DNA from: Pseudomonadota bacterium
GTDB taxonomy: Bacteria; Pseudomonadota; Alphaproteobacteria; Rickettsiales; UBA3002
NCBI GenBank assembly: GCA_963205305.1
Contig: CAUJIC010000021.1
Coordinates: 1,527-65,526, forward strand
Reading direction: 5' to 3'
Length of the DNA: 64,000 nt
The notes under the pieces are model-generated. The model saw only the letters and a list, made by a program, of their open reading frames with translations. It was not told where the DNA came from and did no database searches. This document shows positions 18,710-26,992 of the stretch, piece by piece. How positions within the stretch are numbered: the stretch's first letter is position 1; each line of letters begins with the position of its first letter. The position numbers and the translations under genes are program-made.

Positions 18710-19623
18710 TTTTTCTTCCCAAACTCCAGCCCCAAATAGCTATAGGCCTCGGGCTTGTCCTTCCAATCCGCCCGCACTTTGACGAACAAATAGAGGTGGC
18801 ATTTCGCGCCAATCAGGCGGCCAATCTCATGCCGCGCGCGTTCGCCGATGGCTTTGAGCATCTGCCCGCCCTCGCCGATGATGATGGTTTTCTGCCGCTC
18901 GTTCTGCACGATGATGTTCTGATGGATTTCCACCGACCCATCCGCCCGCGCGTCGTATTTTTCGTTCTCAACGGTGAGGGTGTAGGGCAGCTCCTCCTGC
19001 AATTTCAGGAAGCATTGCTCACGCGTTAGCTCGCTCGCAATCAGGCGCATCGGCATATCGGTCAGCGCGTCGCGGTCATAGAGATGCGCGCCTTCGGGCA
19101 TTGCTTCCGCCAGTGCCTCGCGCACATCCTGCACGCCATCGCCTTTGCGGGCGGAAATCATGAAGATATGCTGCCACACTAGCCGCTCGTTGAACCATAC
19201 CGTGCGCTCCAGCAGCACTTTTTTGTCGTCCACCGCATCGGTTTTGTTGAGGGCAATCATCGCAGGCTTGCCCAAATCCTTGATGCGGTTCAGCACCGCT
19301 TCCGTTTCCTCGGTCGGCTTTTTGCGCGCATCGTGGATGAACAAAATCACATCCGCACTGCGCGCGGCGTTCCATGCGGCGGATACCATCGATTTCTCGA
19401 AGGTCTGGGTGGCATCAAACACGCCGGGCACATCCACAAACACCAGCTGCGCCTCGCCTTCCATGGCCACGCCCGTCACACGCGTGCGGGTGGTCTGCGC
19501 CTTGGGCGTCACAATCGAGATCTTCGCCCCCACCATGCGGTTCATGAGGGTCGATTTGCCCGCATTGGGGGCGCCAATCAGGGCAATATGGCCGCAGCGG
19601 CTAATGGATGGGTCAAAGGTCAT
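18706..19623 (-). CDS. era: GTPase Era
   Basis: 305 aa. G1 GAPNAGKST, G3 DVPG, G4 NKTD and a KH domain (QNIIVQNERQKTIIIGEGG). Confidence 0.92.
   Translation of the reverse strand: MTFDPSISRCGHIALIGAPNAGKSTLMNRMVGAKISIVTPKAQTTRTRVTGVAMEGEAQLVFVDVPGVFDATQTFEKSMVSAAWNAARSADVILFIHDARKKPTEETEAVLNRIKDLGKPAMIALNKTDAVDDKKVLLERTVWFNERLVWQHIFMISARKGDGVQDVREALAEAMPEGAHLYDRDALTDMPMRLIASELTREQCFLKLQEELPYTLTVENEKYDARADGSVEIHQNIIVQNERQKTIIIGEGGQMLKAIGERARHEIGRLIGAKCHLYLFVKVRADWKDKPEAYSYLGLEFGKKN
18713..18759. repeat. 47-bp copy B (functional 3' end of era)
   Basis: Partner of 18340-18386. Encodes the current Era C-terminus DKPEAYSYLGLEFGKKN. Confidence 0.9.
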
Positions 19624-19688
19624 GGGCGGCGATGTAGATGAAATATATCGAAAATGCTAGGGCAGATTCGCCAACCCCACGCTTTTCC

Positions 19689-19717
19689 TTGACGGTAGGG
19701 GCATTTTGGGGCATAAA
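19689..19717 (+). promoter_or_regulatory. Candidate sigma70-type promoter of cspA
   Basis: TTGACG-N17-CATAAA. It would give a 5' UTR of roughly 210 nt, as is common for cold-shock genes. Confidence 0.4.
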
Positions 19718-19935
19718 CAACCCTGAGTTACGTCGCTAACTCTTTGATACTATCTACCTCCTGCTCGGGTTCGCTGCCAAAAGTGAATTTCTACGGTGGT
19801 GCGAACGGAGCTTATCCTCCTTTCGAATGTTGCAAAGAGTTGGGCGTGGGGCAACCCTCGTCAGATTCGACTCACTCTCATTCCCACCACGGTGGCGGGC
19901 GTGAGAATATAACGCCATTTCTTAGGAGTATTCTA

Positions 19936-20142
19936 ATGGCTACTGGTATCGTTAAATGGTTCAACCCAACCAAAGGCTACGGCTTCATTCAACCCGATCA
20001 AGGCGGTGCGGACGTATTCGTTCACATCACGGCTCTTGAAGCTGCTGGCTTGCGTTCGCTGAACGAAGGTCAAAAAGTCAGCTACGAACTTGCCACCAAC
20101 AAAGGCAAGACCTCGGCTGCCAACCTGAAAATCGCTGCGTAA
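19936..20142 (+). CDS. cspA: Cold-shock protein (CspA family)
   Basis: 68 aa starting [21 protein letters not shown], with [14 protein letters not shown] lies upstream of ATG 19936. The in-frame upstream extension from 19744 was rejected. Confidence 0.92.
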   Translation: MATGIVKWFNPTKGYGFIQPDQGGADVFVHITALEAAGLRSLNEGQKVSYELATNKGKTSAANLKIAA

Positions 20143-20166
20143 CTAACCAGCTCGATTTAGACTACT

Positions 20167-20198
20167 CCCGCCGAGTTCGCTCGGCGGGTTCACTTTTT
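20167..20198 (+). terminator. Rho-independent terminator after cspA
   Basis: Stem CCCGCCGAG / CTCGGCGGG with loop TTCG, then TTCACTTTTT. Confidence 0.8.
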
Positions 20199-20425
20199 CT
20201 ACCCTGTATATTCCATTTTTGTGATGGAATTTTAGTAGTACCTACGTACGCCGCTCGCCCGTCATCCTGACATTCTTAGCGCGCGTTGAAACGCCGTCCA
20301 CTGCGGACGCTGTTCCTTGAATGTGTTTAGGTGCTGCATGACAGACACCTAAACTGCGTGACAAACAATCCTGTTTGTCCGCGGCCAATCACACATATCT
20401 TAAAAACGTTAGGACTACCCATATT

Positions 20426-21709
20426 ATGCAACATTTCGATGAACTCAACCTACCGCCAGCGCTCAGCGCGGCAATCAAGGCCATGAACTTCACCACCCCC
20501 ACCCCCATTCAGGCGCAATCCATTCCTCTCGTGCTCGAAGGTCGCGACGTGCTGGGTACCGCCATGACGGGCTCGGGCAAAACCGCTGCCTTCTGCATCC
20601 CCATGATTGCCCGCATGCTCACCAGCTCGCGCGGCACCGCACTCATCATGCTGCCCACGCGTGAACTGGCCAACCAAGTGGAAGCGGTGGTCAAGCAACT
20701 GGTCGGCCAATATGGCACGATTAAAACCGCGCTGCTCATCGGCGGCGATTCCATGCCCAAGCAACAAGCGCAGCTACGCATGCGCCCACGTATCATCGTC
20801 GGCACCCCTGGCCGCATCACCGACCACCTGCAACGTGGCAGCCTAATGCTGCACGATGCGACCTACCTCGTGCTCGATGAGACCGACCGCATGCTCGACA
20901 TGGGCTTTGAAGACCAGATCATGGCGATTTTGAAGTACCTGCCACAACAGCGCCAGACGCTTCTCTTCTCCGCCACCTTGCCTCCACAAATCCTCAAGCT
21001 CTCGGAAAAATACCTGAAGAATCCCGCGCGCGTGGAAGTGGGCGAAACCAACAAAGTGGCCGACCGCATCGACAATAAATCAGTGAACGTCACGAACGAG
21101 GAGAAATACAATCTTCTGGTGAAGGAACTGAAGGAGCGCACCGGCACGGCCATCATTTTCGTAAAAGCGAAATACGCGACAGAAAAACTCGCCGCCAAGC
21201 TCAAAAAATCGGGCTTCACGGCGGATGCAATTCATGGTGACCTCGAACAGCGCCAGCGCGAGCGCGTTCTGCTCGCCTTCCGCGAGAAGCGTCACCGCAT
21301 CCTCGTCGCAACGGATATTGCCTCGCGCGGCCTCGACATTCCGCATATCGAGCATGTCATCAACTACGATTTGCCCCAAGCGCCTGAGGATTACATCCAC
21401 CGCCTTGGCCGCACCGCGCGTGCGGGTGCGGATGGTGCCGCGATTAGTTTCATCGCACCTGAGGATGCGATTAAATGGCGCGCAATCCAGAAATTACTCG
21501 ACCCCAACATTAAGCTCGAGCCCCTGCCCGCAGGCATGGGTAAAGCCAAACGCCGTGGTGGCCGTGGCCGCAGTGGCGGTGGCAATGGTGGCGGTCAAGG
21601 TGGCCAAGGCGGCAGCTTTGGTGGTGGCGGTCAGCGTCGCTCGGGTGGCGGCAACCACAGTGGTGGCGGGCATCGTAGCAGCGCACCCAAAGCAGCGGTT
21701 GCTTCGTAA
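20426..21709 (+). CDS. DEAD-box ATP-dependent RNA helicase with Gly/Arg-rich tail
   Basis: Q-motif FTTPTPIQ, AMTGSGKT, PTRELA, VLDETDRMLD (DETD variant of DEAD), SAT, ARGLDI and HRLGRTAR. The tail reads RRGGRGRSGGGNGGGQGGQGG. Confidence 0.9.
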   Translation: MQHFDELNLPPALSAAIKAMNFTTPTPIQAQSIPLVLEGRDVLGTAMTGSGKTAAFCIPMIARMLTSSRGTALIMLPTRELANQVEAVVKQLVGQYGTIKTALLIGGDSMPKQQAQLRMRPRIIVGTPGRITDHLQRGSLMLHDATYLVLDETDRMLDMGFEDQIMAILKYLPQQRQTLLFSATLPPQILKLSEKYLKNPARVEVGETNKVADRIDNKSVNVTNEEKYNLLVKELKERTGTAIIFVKAKYATEKLAAKLKKSGFTADAIHGDLEQRQRERVLLAFREKRHRILVATDIASRGLDIPHIEHVINYDLPQAPEDYIHRLGRTARAGADGAAISFIAPEDAIKWRAIQKLLDPNIKLEPLPAGMGKAKRRGGRGRSGGGNGGGQGGQGGSFGGGGQRRSGGGNHSGGGHRSSAPKAAVAS

Positions 21710-21731
21710 CAGCGAGCCGCACTTAAATATG

Positions 21732-21766
21732 AAACGCCGCTTTGTGAAAATAAAGCGGCGTTTTTC
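21732..21766 (+). terminator. Rho-independent terminator after helicase
   Basis: Stem AAACGCCGCTTT / AAAGCGGCGTTT with an 8-nt loop and a following T-run. Confidence 0.8.
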
Positions 21767-21830
21767 GTTGCGCCCCCTTCCTGATATGCCCAACCCGTGC
21801 CTAGATAGTGGCTCAACCAGAGGAGCCATC

Positions 21831-22241
21831 ATGAGACGTTATTTAAAAAGCCGCCGCAGCCGCAGCAATGTTTACGAAACCAACGCCCTACGTGACCAGT
21901 TCATTCGCCAATTGGCCTTCGAGGCTGATGCACTGATTAAGCAGCAAATGGAGCAGTTCAACCAAACCCTGCAAACGCAAGTGGCGCAAGCCTTTCAGGG
22001 TATTGTCGCGGGCGAGCCACCGCCACCCATCATCCCTGGGCAAGCCGAGGCGGGCACCATTGGCAGTTTTGGCCAATTGCTCAGCCTTGGCGCGCGCTAT
22101 CTGGTCAGCCGTCCACGCACCTCGCGCAGCAGCGCCGAGACCGGCCGCTCGATTGCGAACGAGGCCGAATTTCGTACCAGCCGTGCGCAACAAATGGCCG
22201 AAGCCCAGCAAGCCATGGCCGCGGGCGATAAGAATCTATAG
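21831..22241 (+). CDS. Hypothetical protein (basic N-terminus, Gln/Ala-rich helices)
   Basis: ATG 21831 follows AGAGGAG. This is the distal part of ORF 21225-22241. No motif recognised. Confidence 0.5.
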   Translation: MRRYLKSRRSRSNVYETNALRDQFIRQLAFEADALIKQQMEQFNQTLQTQVAQAFQGIVAGEPPPPIIPGQAEAGTIGSFGQLLSLGARYLVSRPRTSRSSAETGRSIANEAEFRTSRAQQMAEAQQAMAAGDKNL

Positions 22242-22247
22242 GAAAAG

Positions 22248-22281
22248 AATACCCCCGAATCGCTGTGAAATCGGGGGTATT
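22248..22281 (+). terminator. Hairpin after hypothetical gene
   Basis: 11-bp stem AATACCCCCGA / TCGGGGGTATT. There is no clear T-tract on the + strand, and the A-rich 5' flank gives a U-tract only on the minus strand. Confidence 0.4.
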
Positions 22282-22406
22282 AAATGCGAAACCGTCGTTA
22301 ACGTTCCGAAGTCATATAATCACACCGCATCGCACCCAAGCAGCAGCGATTTTGCATGCGCCCCTTGCGCCAAACGCAGAGCATTATCAGTCAAATGCTG
22401 ACGTAA

Positions 22407-22448
22407 AACTGTCACAATTCTCCCCTCGAATTTCACACAACTGTCACA
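22407..22448 (+). repeat. Two direct copies of AACTGTCACA spaced 32 bp apart
   Basis: Identical 10-mers at 22407-22416 and 22439-22448, lying 34-75 bp upstream of ATG 22482. Candidate operator or promoter element. Confidence 0.6.
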
Positions 22449-22481
22449 CACAGTAATTGGCATTTGCGTTATGGTAAGGGT

Positions 22482-22769
22482 ATGCATAAGGATGACAACG
22501 CAACCACCCCACATGACTTTCAGGCCATCAACCCCATGTTCAACCCAACCGATTATATCAAACTCAACAGCGACGGTTATGCCCTGTGCACCAACCCCAT
22601 GGCCGATGGTGGGCTCGAGGCGATCATGGTGAACACCCGTTTGGCGGGTGAAGGGTTGCGTAATTTCGAAAGCTCCATCAAGCGCATGGTGCTCAGTAAG
22701 CTCTTTTCTCCCAAGTTCGGCGAGGTCATCCTCACCGCCACGCGCCTTTCTAGCCACGAAGCAGCATAA
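22482..22769 (+). CDS. Hypothetical protein (95 aa)
   Basis: ATG follows AAGGG. Third codon positions are strongly C/G-rich like the surrounding real genes, and the overlapping minus ORF is its shadow frame. Confidence 0.5.
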   Translation: MHKDDNATTPHDFQAINPMFNPTDYIKLNSDGYALCTNPMADGGLEAIMVNTRLAGEGLRNFESSIKRMVLSKLFSPKFGEVILTATRLSSHEAA

Positions 22770-22838
22770 TTCGCGCGTCCCCACCCCCTTTTTTCTCAGC
22801 TATCTTGCATTTAGCCCATCAGACGCTACAACTGGCGC

Positions 22839-23201
22839 ATGGATCGTCCGCGTTACGAACAGTTTGGCATCAATATCGAGGAGCAAGGGAACACCACCCA
22901 TGTCTTCAAAAACCAAGTGCTCATCGGCTCGTTCACCATTGATATTGAACAGCGCAAGCTGAAGTTCGATTTCCCCAACAACAAATACTTCAACTATTTC
23001 GCCTATGTTGCCTCGGATAAACCCAGTAACCGTGTGAAATGGGTGAACGAGAACCTCAGCCAAGATTCGATGGATAATCTGCAAGCGGGCGTGGCCTTCC
23101 TTGGCTTTGCGAAGTTCGAGGAGCTGATGGCCACCACGCTTGCCACTGCCGAGGAAGGGGAAGCTGTGCGCCATGCGCCCAACCAAACCATCGTCCACTG
23201 A
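22839..23201 (+). CDS. Hypothetical protein (120 aa)
   Basis: ORF with native-like codon bias and no recognised motif. Confidence 0.5.
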   Translation: MDRPRYEQFGINIEEQGNTTHVFKNQVLIGSFTIDIEQRKLKFDFPNNKYFNYFAYVASDKPSNRVKWVNENLSQDSMDNLQAGVAFLGFAKFEELMATTLATAEEGEAVRHAPNQTIVH

Positions 23202-23490
23202 GAACCCGTTCCTTGAGGATCTCGACAAAAAGAGCCCGCAGGAATTAGCGGATTATTTCTATGCGCTGGCGGAGGAAATCATCGCCAGCCCCGAGGAATA
23301 CAAAGTCAAAATGCAACTCGCCCAGCTCGATATTTCCGAGCTCGATGGTATTGACCTCAATACCGCCGCAGGGCGTAAAAAACTCGCTAAAATATTCCGC
23401 CTACTGGCCGAACAGGCGCTGCGCGGCAAGGATGTCTATATGGCCAGCGTGAAAGATACCTCGCAGGATAAAACTCGCGGCGGGCGATAG
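23173..23490 (+). CDS. Hypothetical acidic helical protein (105 aa)
   Basis: ATG 23173 (alternative TTG 23140). Overlaps the previous gene by 29 nt. No recognised motif. Confidence 0.45.
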   Translation: MRPTKPSSTENPFLEDLDKKSPQELADYFYALAEEIIASPEEYKVKMQLAQLDISELDGIDLNTAAGRKKLAKIFRLLAEQALRGKDVYMASVKDTSQDKTRGGR

Positions 23491-23507
23491 AATATTCGTC
23501 ACCCATT

Positions 23508-23547
23508 CGTCATCGCCCGAGTTCGCCTAAGAACTATAGGGCGATCC
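23508..23547. repeat. 40-bp hairpin-forming repeat unit, copy 1
   Basis: CGTCATCGCCC...GGGCGATCC with internal stem ATCGCCC / GGGCGAT. Related to the reverse complement of 23559-23599. Confidence 0.6.
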
Positions 23548-23558
23548 ACTTTTGCGAT

Positions 23559-23599
23559 GGATTCCCCTATAATTTGCTGAGCAAATTCGGGGAATGACG
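23559..23599. repeat. Hairpin-forming repeat unit, copy 2 (inverted)
   Basis: GGATTCCCC...GGGGAATGACG with internal stem ATTCCCC / GGGGAAT. Lies 10 nt from the lon stop and probably serves as its terminator. Confidence 0.6.
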
Positions 23600-23609
23600 A
23601 CCCCTAAAG

Positions 23610-26012
23610 CTAATGCCGTAAGCCCTCGCCATCCTCGTCCTTGCCTGCTTTCAGCACGGATTCATCTTCCACTTCCACCCAATCCGTAATCGGGGTTGGT
23701 GCCGTTACAAGTGCGTGTTTCAGCACTTCATCGACATGGCTGACGGGAATGATGGTGAGGAGTTTCTTCACGTTATCGGGAATTTCTTCTAGATCCTTCA
23801 CGTTCTCCTGCGGAATCAGCACGGTGGTGATGCCACCGCGTAGCGCGGCCAGCAGCTTCTCTTTCAAACCGCCAATGGCCAGCACGCGGCCACGTAGGGT
23901 CACCTCGCCTGTCATGGCCACCGTTTTCTTCACGGGGATGCCCGTGAGCACCGAAACAATGGTGGTGCACATGGCAATACCCGCCGATGGGCCATCCTTC
24001 GGTGTGGCGCCCTCGGGCACATGCACGTGGATGTCCTTTTTCTTGAACTGGGTGGGCTTGATGCCAAACTCCAGCGCGCGGCTTTGCACATAACTGTGCG
24101 CCGCTTGCACGGATTCTTTCATCACGTCGCCAAGCGTACCGGTGTATTTAATACCGCCTTTGCCCGGAACGGTGACGGATTCAATGACCAGCAAATCGCC
24201 GCCCGTTTCTGTCCATGCCAAGCCCGTGGTGCAACCAATTTGATCGACCTTCTCGGCCTCGCCATAGCTGGTTTTACGCACACCGAGATATTTGCCAAGG
24301 TTCTTGCGGGTGATGGTGATTTTTTTCTCACCCTTCATCATGATTTGCTTCACGGCCTTACGCGTCATGCGTGCCACTTCGCGCTCGAGGTTACGCACGC
24401 CCGCTTCACGCGTGTAATAGCGAATCGTGTCGCGCAGCGCTTCCTCGGAAATGGTGAGGTCGTTTTTGCTCAGGCCATGGTCCTTCATCACTTTGGGTAT
24501 GAGGTGATCCGTCGCAATATCCACCTTCTCGTCCTCGGTGTAACCCGAGAGGCGAATCACCTCCATGCGGTCGAGCAGTGGGCGTGGCATGTTGAGCGAG
24601 TTGGCGGTGGTGATGAACATCACGTCGCTCAAATCGTAATCCACTTCAAGGTAGTGGTCGTTGAAGTTTTTGTTTTGCTCTGGGTCCAAAACCTCCAACA
24701 GTGCCGCTGCTGGGTCACCGCGGAAGTCATTCCCCATTTTATCAATCTCATCGAGCAGCATCATTGGGTTGCTGGATTTCGATTTCTTCATGCTTTGGAT
24801 GAGCTTACCCGGCATCGACCCGATATAGGTGCGGCGGTGGCCACGAATTTCCGATTCATCGCGCACGCCACCAAGGGAGATTTTGATGTAGTTACGCCCC
24901 GTTGCTTTCGCGATGGAACGTGCGAGCGAGGTTTTACCCACACCTGGAGGGCCAACGAGGCAAAGGATGGGGCCTTTGATAGATTTGGTGCGCGCCTGCA
25001 CTGCTAAATACTCCAGAATGCGCTCTTTCACTTTTTCCAAACCCGAATGGTCGGCATCAAGAATTTTTTCGGCTGCGGGCAAATCCGCTTTTACCTTCGT
25101 TGGCTTTTTCCACGGCAGCGAAACCATCCAATCGAGGTAGTTACGTATCACCGAAGCTTCCGCCGACATGCTGCTCATTGTGCGCAGTTTTTTGAGTTCG
25201 GATTCGCACTTCTCGCGCGCTTCTTTGCTCAGTTTGGTTTTCTTGATTTTCTCCTCAAGCTCGCTAGTTTCGTCGCGGCCTTCGTCAATCTCGCCCAGCT
25301 CTTTTTGAATCGCCTTCAATTGCTCATTCAAATAATATTCGCGCTGGGTTTTCTCCATCTGCTTTTTCACGCGACCACGGATGCGCTTCTCGGTGTTGAG
25401 CACGCCTATTTCCGATTCCATCAGCGAATAGACATGTTCCAGCCGATCCGAAACCTTGATGAGTTCCAAAATCTGCTGCTTGGCGGGGATATCAATCGCC
25501 ATATGCGCCGCAACCGTATCCGCAAGAATCGAGGGCGACGTGATTTTACCAATCGCACCCAGTGTTTCGGGCTGAATTTTTTTGTTCAGCTTGATGTATT
25601 CCTCGAACTTGCTAATCACCGAGCGGAACATCGCTTCCGTCTCCACTGCGTCGCCCACAGGCTCGGCTAGCTCCTCGGTTTCCACTTCGTAGAAGTCTTC
25701 ATTATCCGTAAAGCGCACCACTTTCGCACGTTGCACCCCTTCCACCAGCACTTTCACGGTGCCATCGGGCAGGCGCAACAATTGCAACACCGTGGCAATG
25801 GTGCCCACGCGGTAGAGGTCATCCTTGGTCGGAATATCCTGTGAGCCATTCTTTTGGCTCACGAGCAGGATTTTATTGTTCGCCTTCACCACCGATTCCA
25901 GCGCTTTTACCGATTTCTCACGCCCGACAAATAGCGGCACCACCATGCCAGGAAAGACAACGATGTCGCGCAGGGGCAACACGGGGAGAATCAGCGAGGT
26001 CGAAGATGTCAT
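23610..26012 (-). CDS. lon: ATP-dependent protease Lon
   Basis: N-terminal [26 protein letters not shown], Walker [10 protein letters not shown] and protease site [14 protein letters not shown] 26012 preferred over TTG 26039. Confidence 0.93.
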   Translation of the reverse strand: MTSSTSLILPVLPLRDIVVFPGMVVPLFVGREKSVKALESVVKANNKILLVSQKNGSQDIPTKDDLYRVGTIATVLQLLRLPDGTVKVLVEGVQRAKVVRFTDNEDFYEVETEELAEPVGDAVETEAMFRSVISKFEEYIKLNKKIQPETLGAIGKITSPSILADTVAAHMAIDIPAKQQILELIKVSDRLEHVYSLMESEIGVLNTEKRIRGRVKKQMEKTQREYYLNEQLKAIQKELGEIDEGRDETSELEEKIKKTKLSKEAREKCESELKKLRTMSSMSAEASVIRNYLDWMVSLPWKKPTKVKADLPAAEKILDADHSGLEKVKERILEYLAVQARTKSIKGPILCLVGPPGVGKTSLARSIAKATGRNYIKISLGGVRDESEIRGHRRTYIGSMPGKLIQSMKKSKSSNPMMLLDEIDKMGNDFRGDPAAALLEVLDPEQNKNFNDHYLEVDYDLSDVMFITTANSLNMPRPLLDRMEVIRLSGYTEDEKVDIATDHLIPKVMKDHGLSKNDLTISEEALRDTIRYYTREAGVRNLEREVARMTRKAVKQIMMKGEKKITITRKNLGKYLGVRKTSYGEAEKVDQIGCTTGLAWTETGGDLLVIESVTVPGKGGIKYTGTLGDVMKESVQAAHSYVQSRALEFGIKPTQFKKKDIHVHVPEGATPKDGPSAGIAMCTTIVSVLTGIPVKKTVAMTGEVTLRGRVLAIGGLKEKLLAALRGGITTVLIPQENVKDLEEIPDNVKKLLTIIPVSHVDEVLKHALVTAPTPITDWVEVEDESVLKAGKDEDGEGLRH

Positions 26013-26129
26013 GGGAAATCTCGATATTTGATGTGGCAAGGCACAAAAACGTGCTAAAAGAAATATAGTCCGCCTCCCACCAAAGTAAAGGGCAACCGCT
26101 TGGAATATTTTTATCCCAGCTACGGATTG

Positions 26130-26148
26130 CTAACGCTTTCTTAACCAT
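26130..26148 (+). promoter_or_regulatory. Near-consensus CtrA box upstream of the pilin-like gene
   Basis: CTAA-N7-TTAAC, one mismatch to TTAA-N7-TTAAC. It overlaps an exact TTAACCAT at 26141-26148, 32 nt before ATG 26180. Confidence 0.35.
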
Positions 26149-26179
26149 TTCTCTGTACGCATATTGATTGGAGCATACC

Positions 26180-26944
26180 ATGCCATACCATACCCAACGT
26201 AACGGCGCATTTAGCCTCGTCGAGTTATCCATTATACTCGCCGTTCTTGGCTTGCTAGTGGGGGGAATTATGGCTGGCACAGCGCTCCTTAAGCAATCTG
26301 AACTCAAAACAATACTGGTCGATTTCAACAAATACAGCACTGCAGTCGCGCAATTTAATAAGCAATATGGCGGCTTACCTGGTGACCTGTTGGATGCGAC
26401 AAATTACTGGGGTGATGATAACGCCGTGTGCGCCGATGCGGCTGTGACCAATGGCACTCCCGGCACTTGTAATGGCGACAGCGATGGCGATATGTCCGAC
26501 GGTGCCGAACCCTACCGCGCATGGCAGCAGCTTTTCCTTGCTAACTATATCGGCGGAAACTTCACGGGCGTGGCGAGCGCGGGTGGCGCAGTCCCCAATA
26601 CCAATGTGCCCGATTCTAACATCACCAGCGCGGGGTGGAGTTTTGGCAACAAGGCCGCCACCGTGGCCAATGCCAATGATTTCGACCAAGCATTATCCAA
26701 CTACCTTGCTATTGGCAGACCCATTGCGGCTGCCCTCACTCAAGCAGCAGCGATTACCCCACGTGATGCGTGGCAGGTGGACACGAAGCTCGATGATGGC
26801 ATGCCTGGCCTCGGGCGGATTATGACACGTAAACCTGCAGCACTCGCGGGCTGTGCAACCAGTGATGTGGATGCAACGGCCACCTACACCATGACAAGTG
26901 AATCTATTGCCTGCAGCCTTAATATGTCGCTGACGTTGAAATAA
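26180..26944 (+). CDS. Prepilin-type N-terminal domain protein (type IV pilin or pseudopilin-like)
   Basis: GGAG lies 6 nt before the ATG. Short basic leader MPYHTQRNG, then AFSLVELSIILAVLGLLVGGIMAG. The C-terminal part contains two Cys pairs. Confidence 0.7.
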   Translation: MPYHTQRNGAFSLVELSIILAVLGLLVGGIMAGTALLKQSELKTILVDFNKYSTAVAQFNKQYGGLPGDLLDATNYWGDDNAVCADAAVTNGTPGTCNGDSDGDMSDGAEPYRAWQQLFLANYIGGNFTGVASAGGAVPNTNVPDSNITSAGWSFGNKAATVANANDFDQALSNYLAIGRPIAAALTQAAAITPRDAWQVDTKLDDGMPGLGRIMTRKPAALAGCATSDVDATATYTMTSESIACSLNMSLTLK

Positions 26945-26973
26945 AAAAGGGGGCACATTAGCGCCCCCTTTTC
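26943..26973. terminator. Bidirectional terminator between pilin-like gene and clpX
   Basis: A6-GGGGGC...GCCCCC-T4 hairpin between convergent genes. Confidence 0.7.
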
Positions 26974-26992
26974 ATCAATCGATACTTCGCCT

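Noticed and set aside
21225-21830. Upstream two-thirds of the 338-aa ORF 21225-22241
   Set aside because: It overlaps the helicase 3' end out of frame, and its Ala/Val repeats mirror the helicase Gly-rich tail. It also crosses a strong terminator. Only 21831-22241, which has its own SD, was kept.
22320-23228. Minus-strand ORFs 22320-22784 (154 aa) and 22800-23228 (142 aa)
   Set aside because: Their codon position 1 coincides with position 3 of the + strand ORFs, which carry the C/G-rich wobble typical of this genome. The products are Gly/His/Val-rich. I treated them as shadows, although the hairpin at 22248-22281 has its U-tract on the minus strand, which leaves some doubt.
24021-25007. 328-aa + strand ORF
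   Set aside because: It is antisense to lon and gives a His/Arg/Val-rich product.
26060-26093. Possible RpoH-type promoter for lon (CTTT-N18-CTATAT on the minus strand)
   Set aside because: It matches the heat-shock promoter consensus only partially, with no CTTG core.
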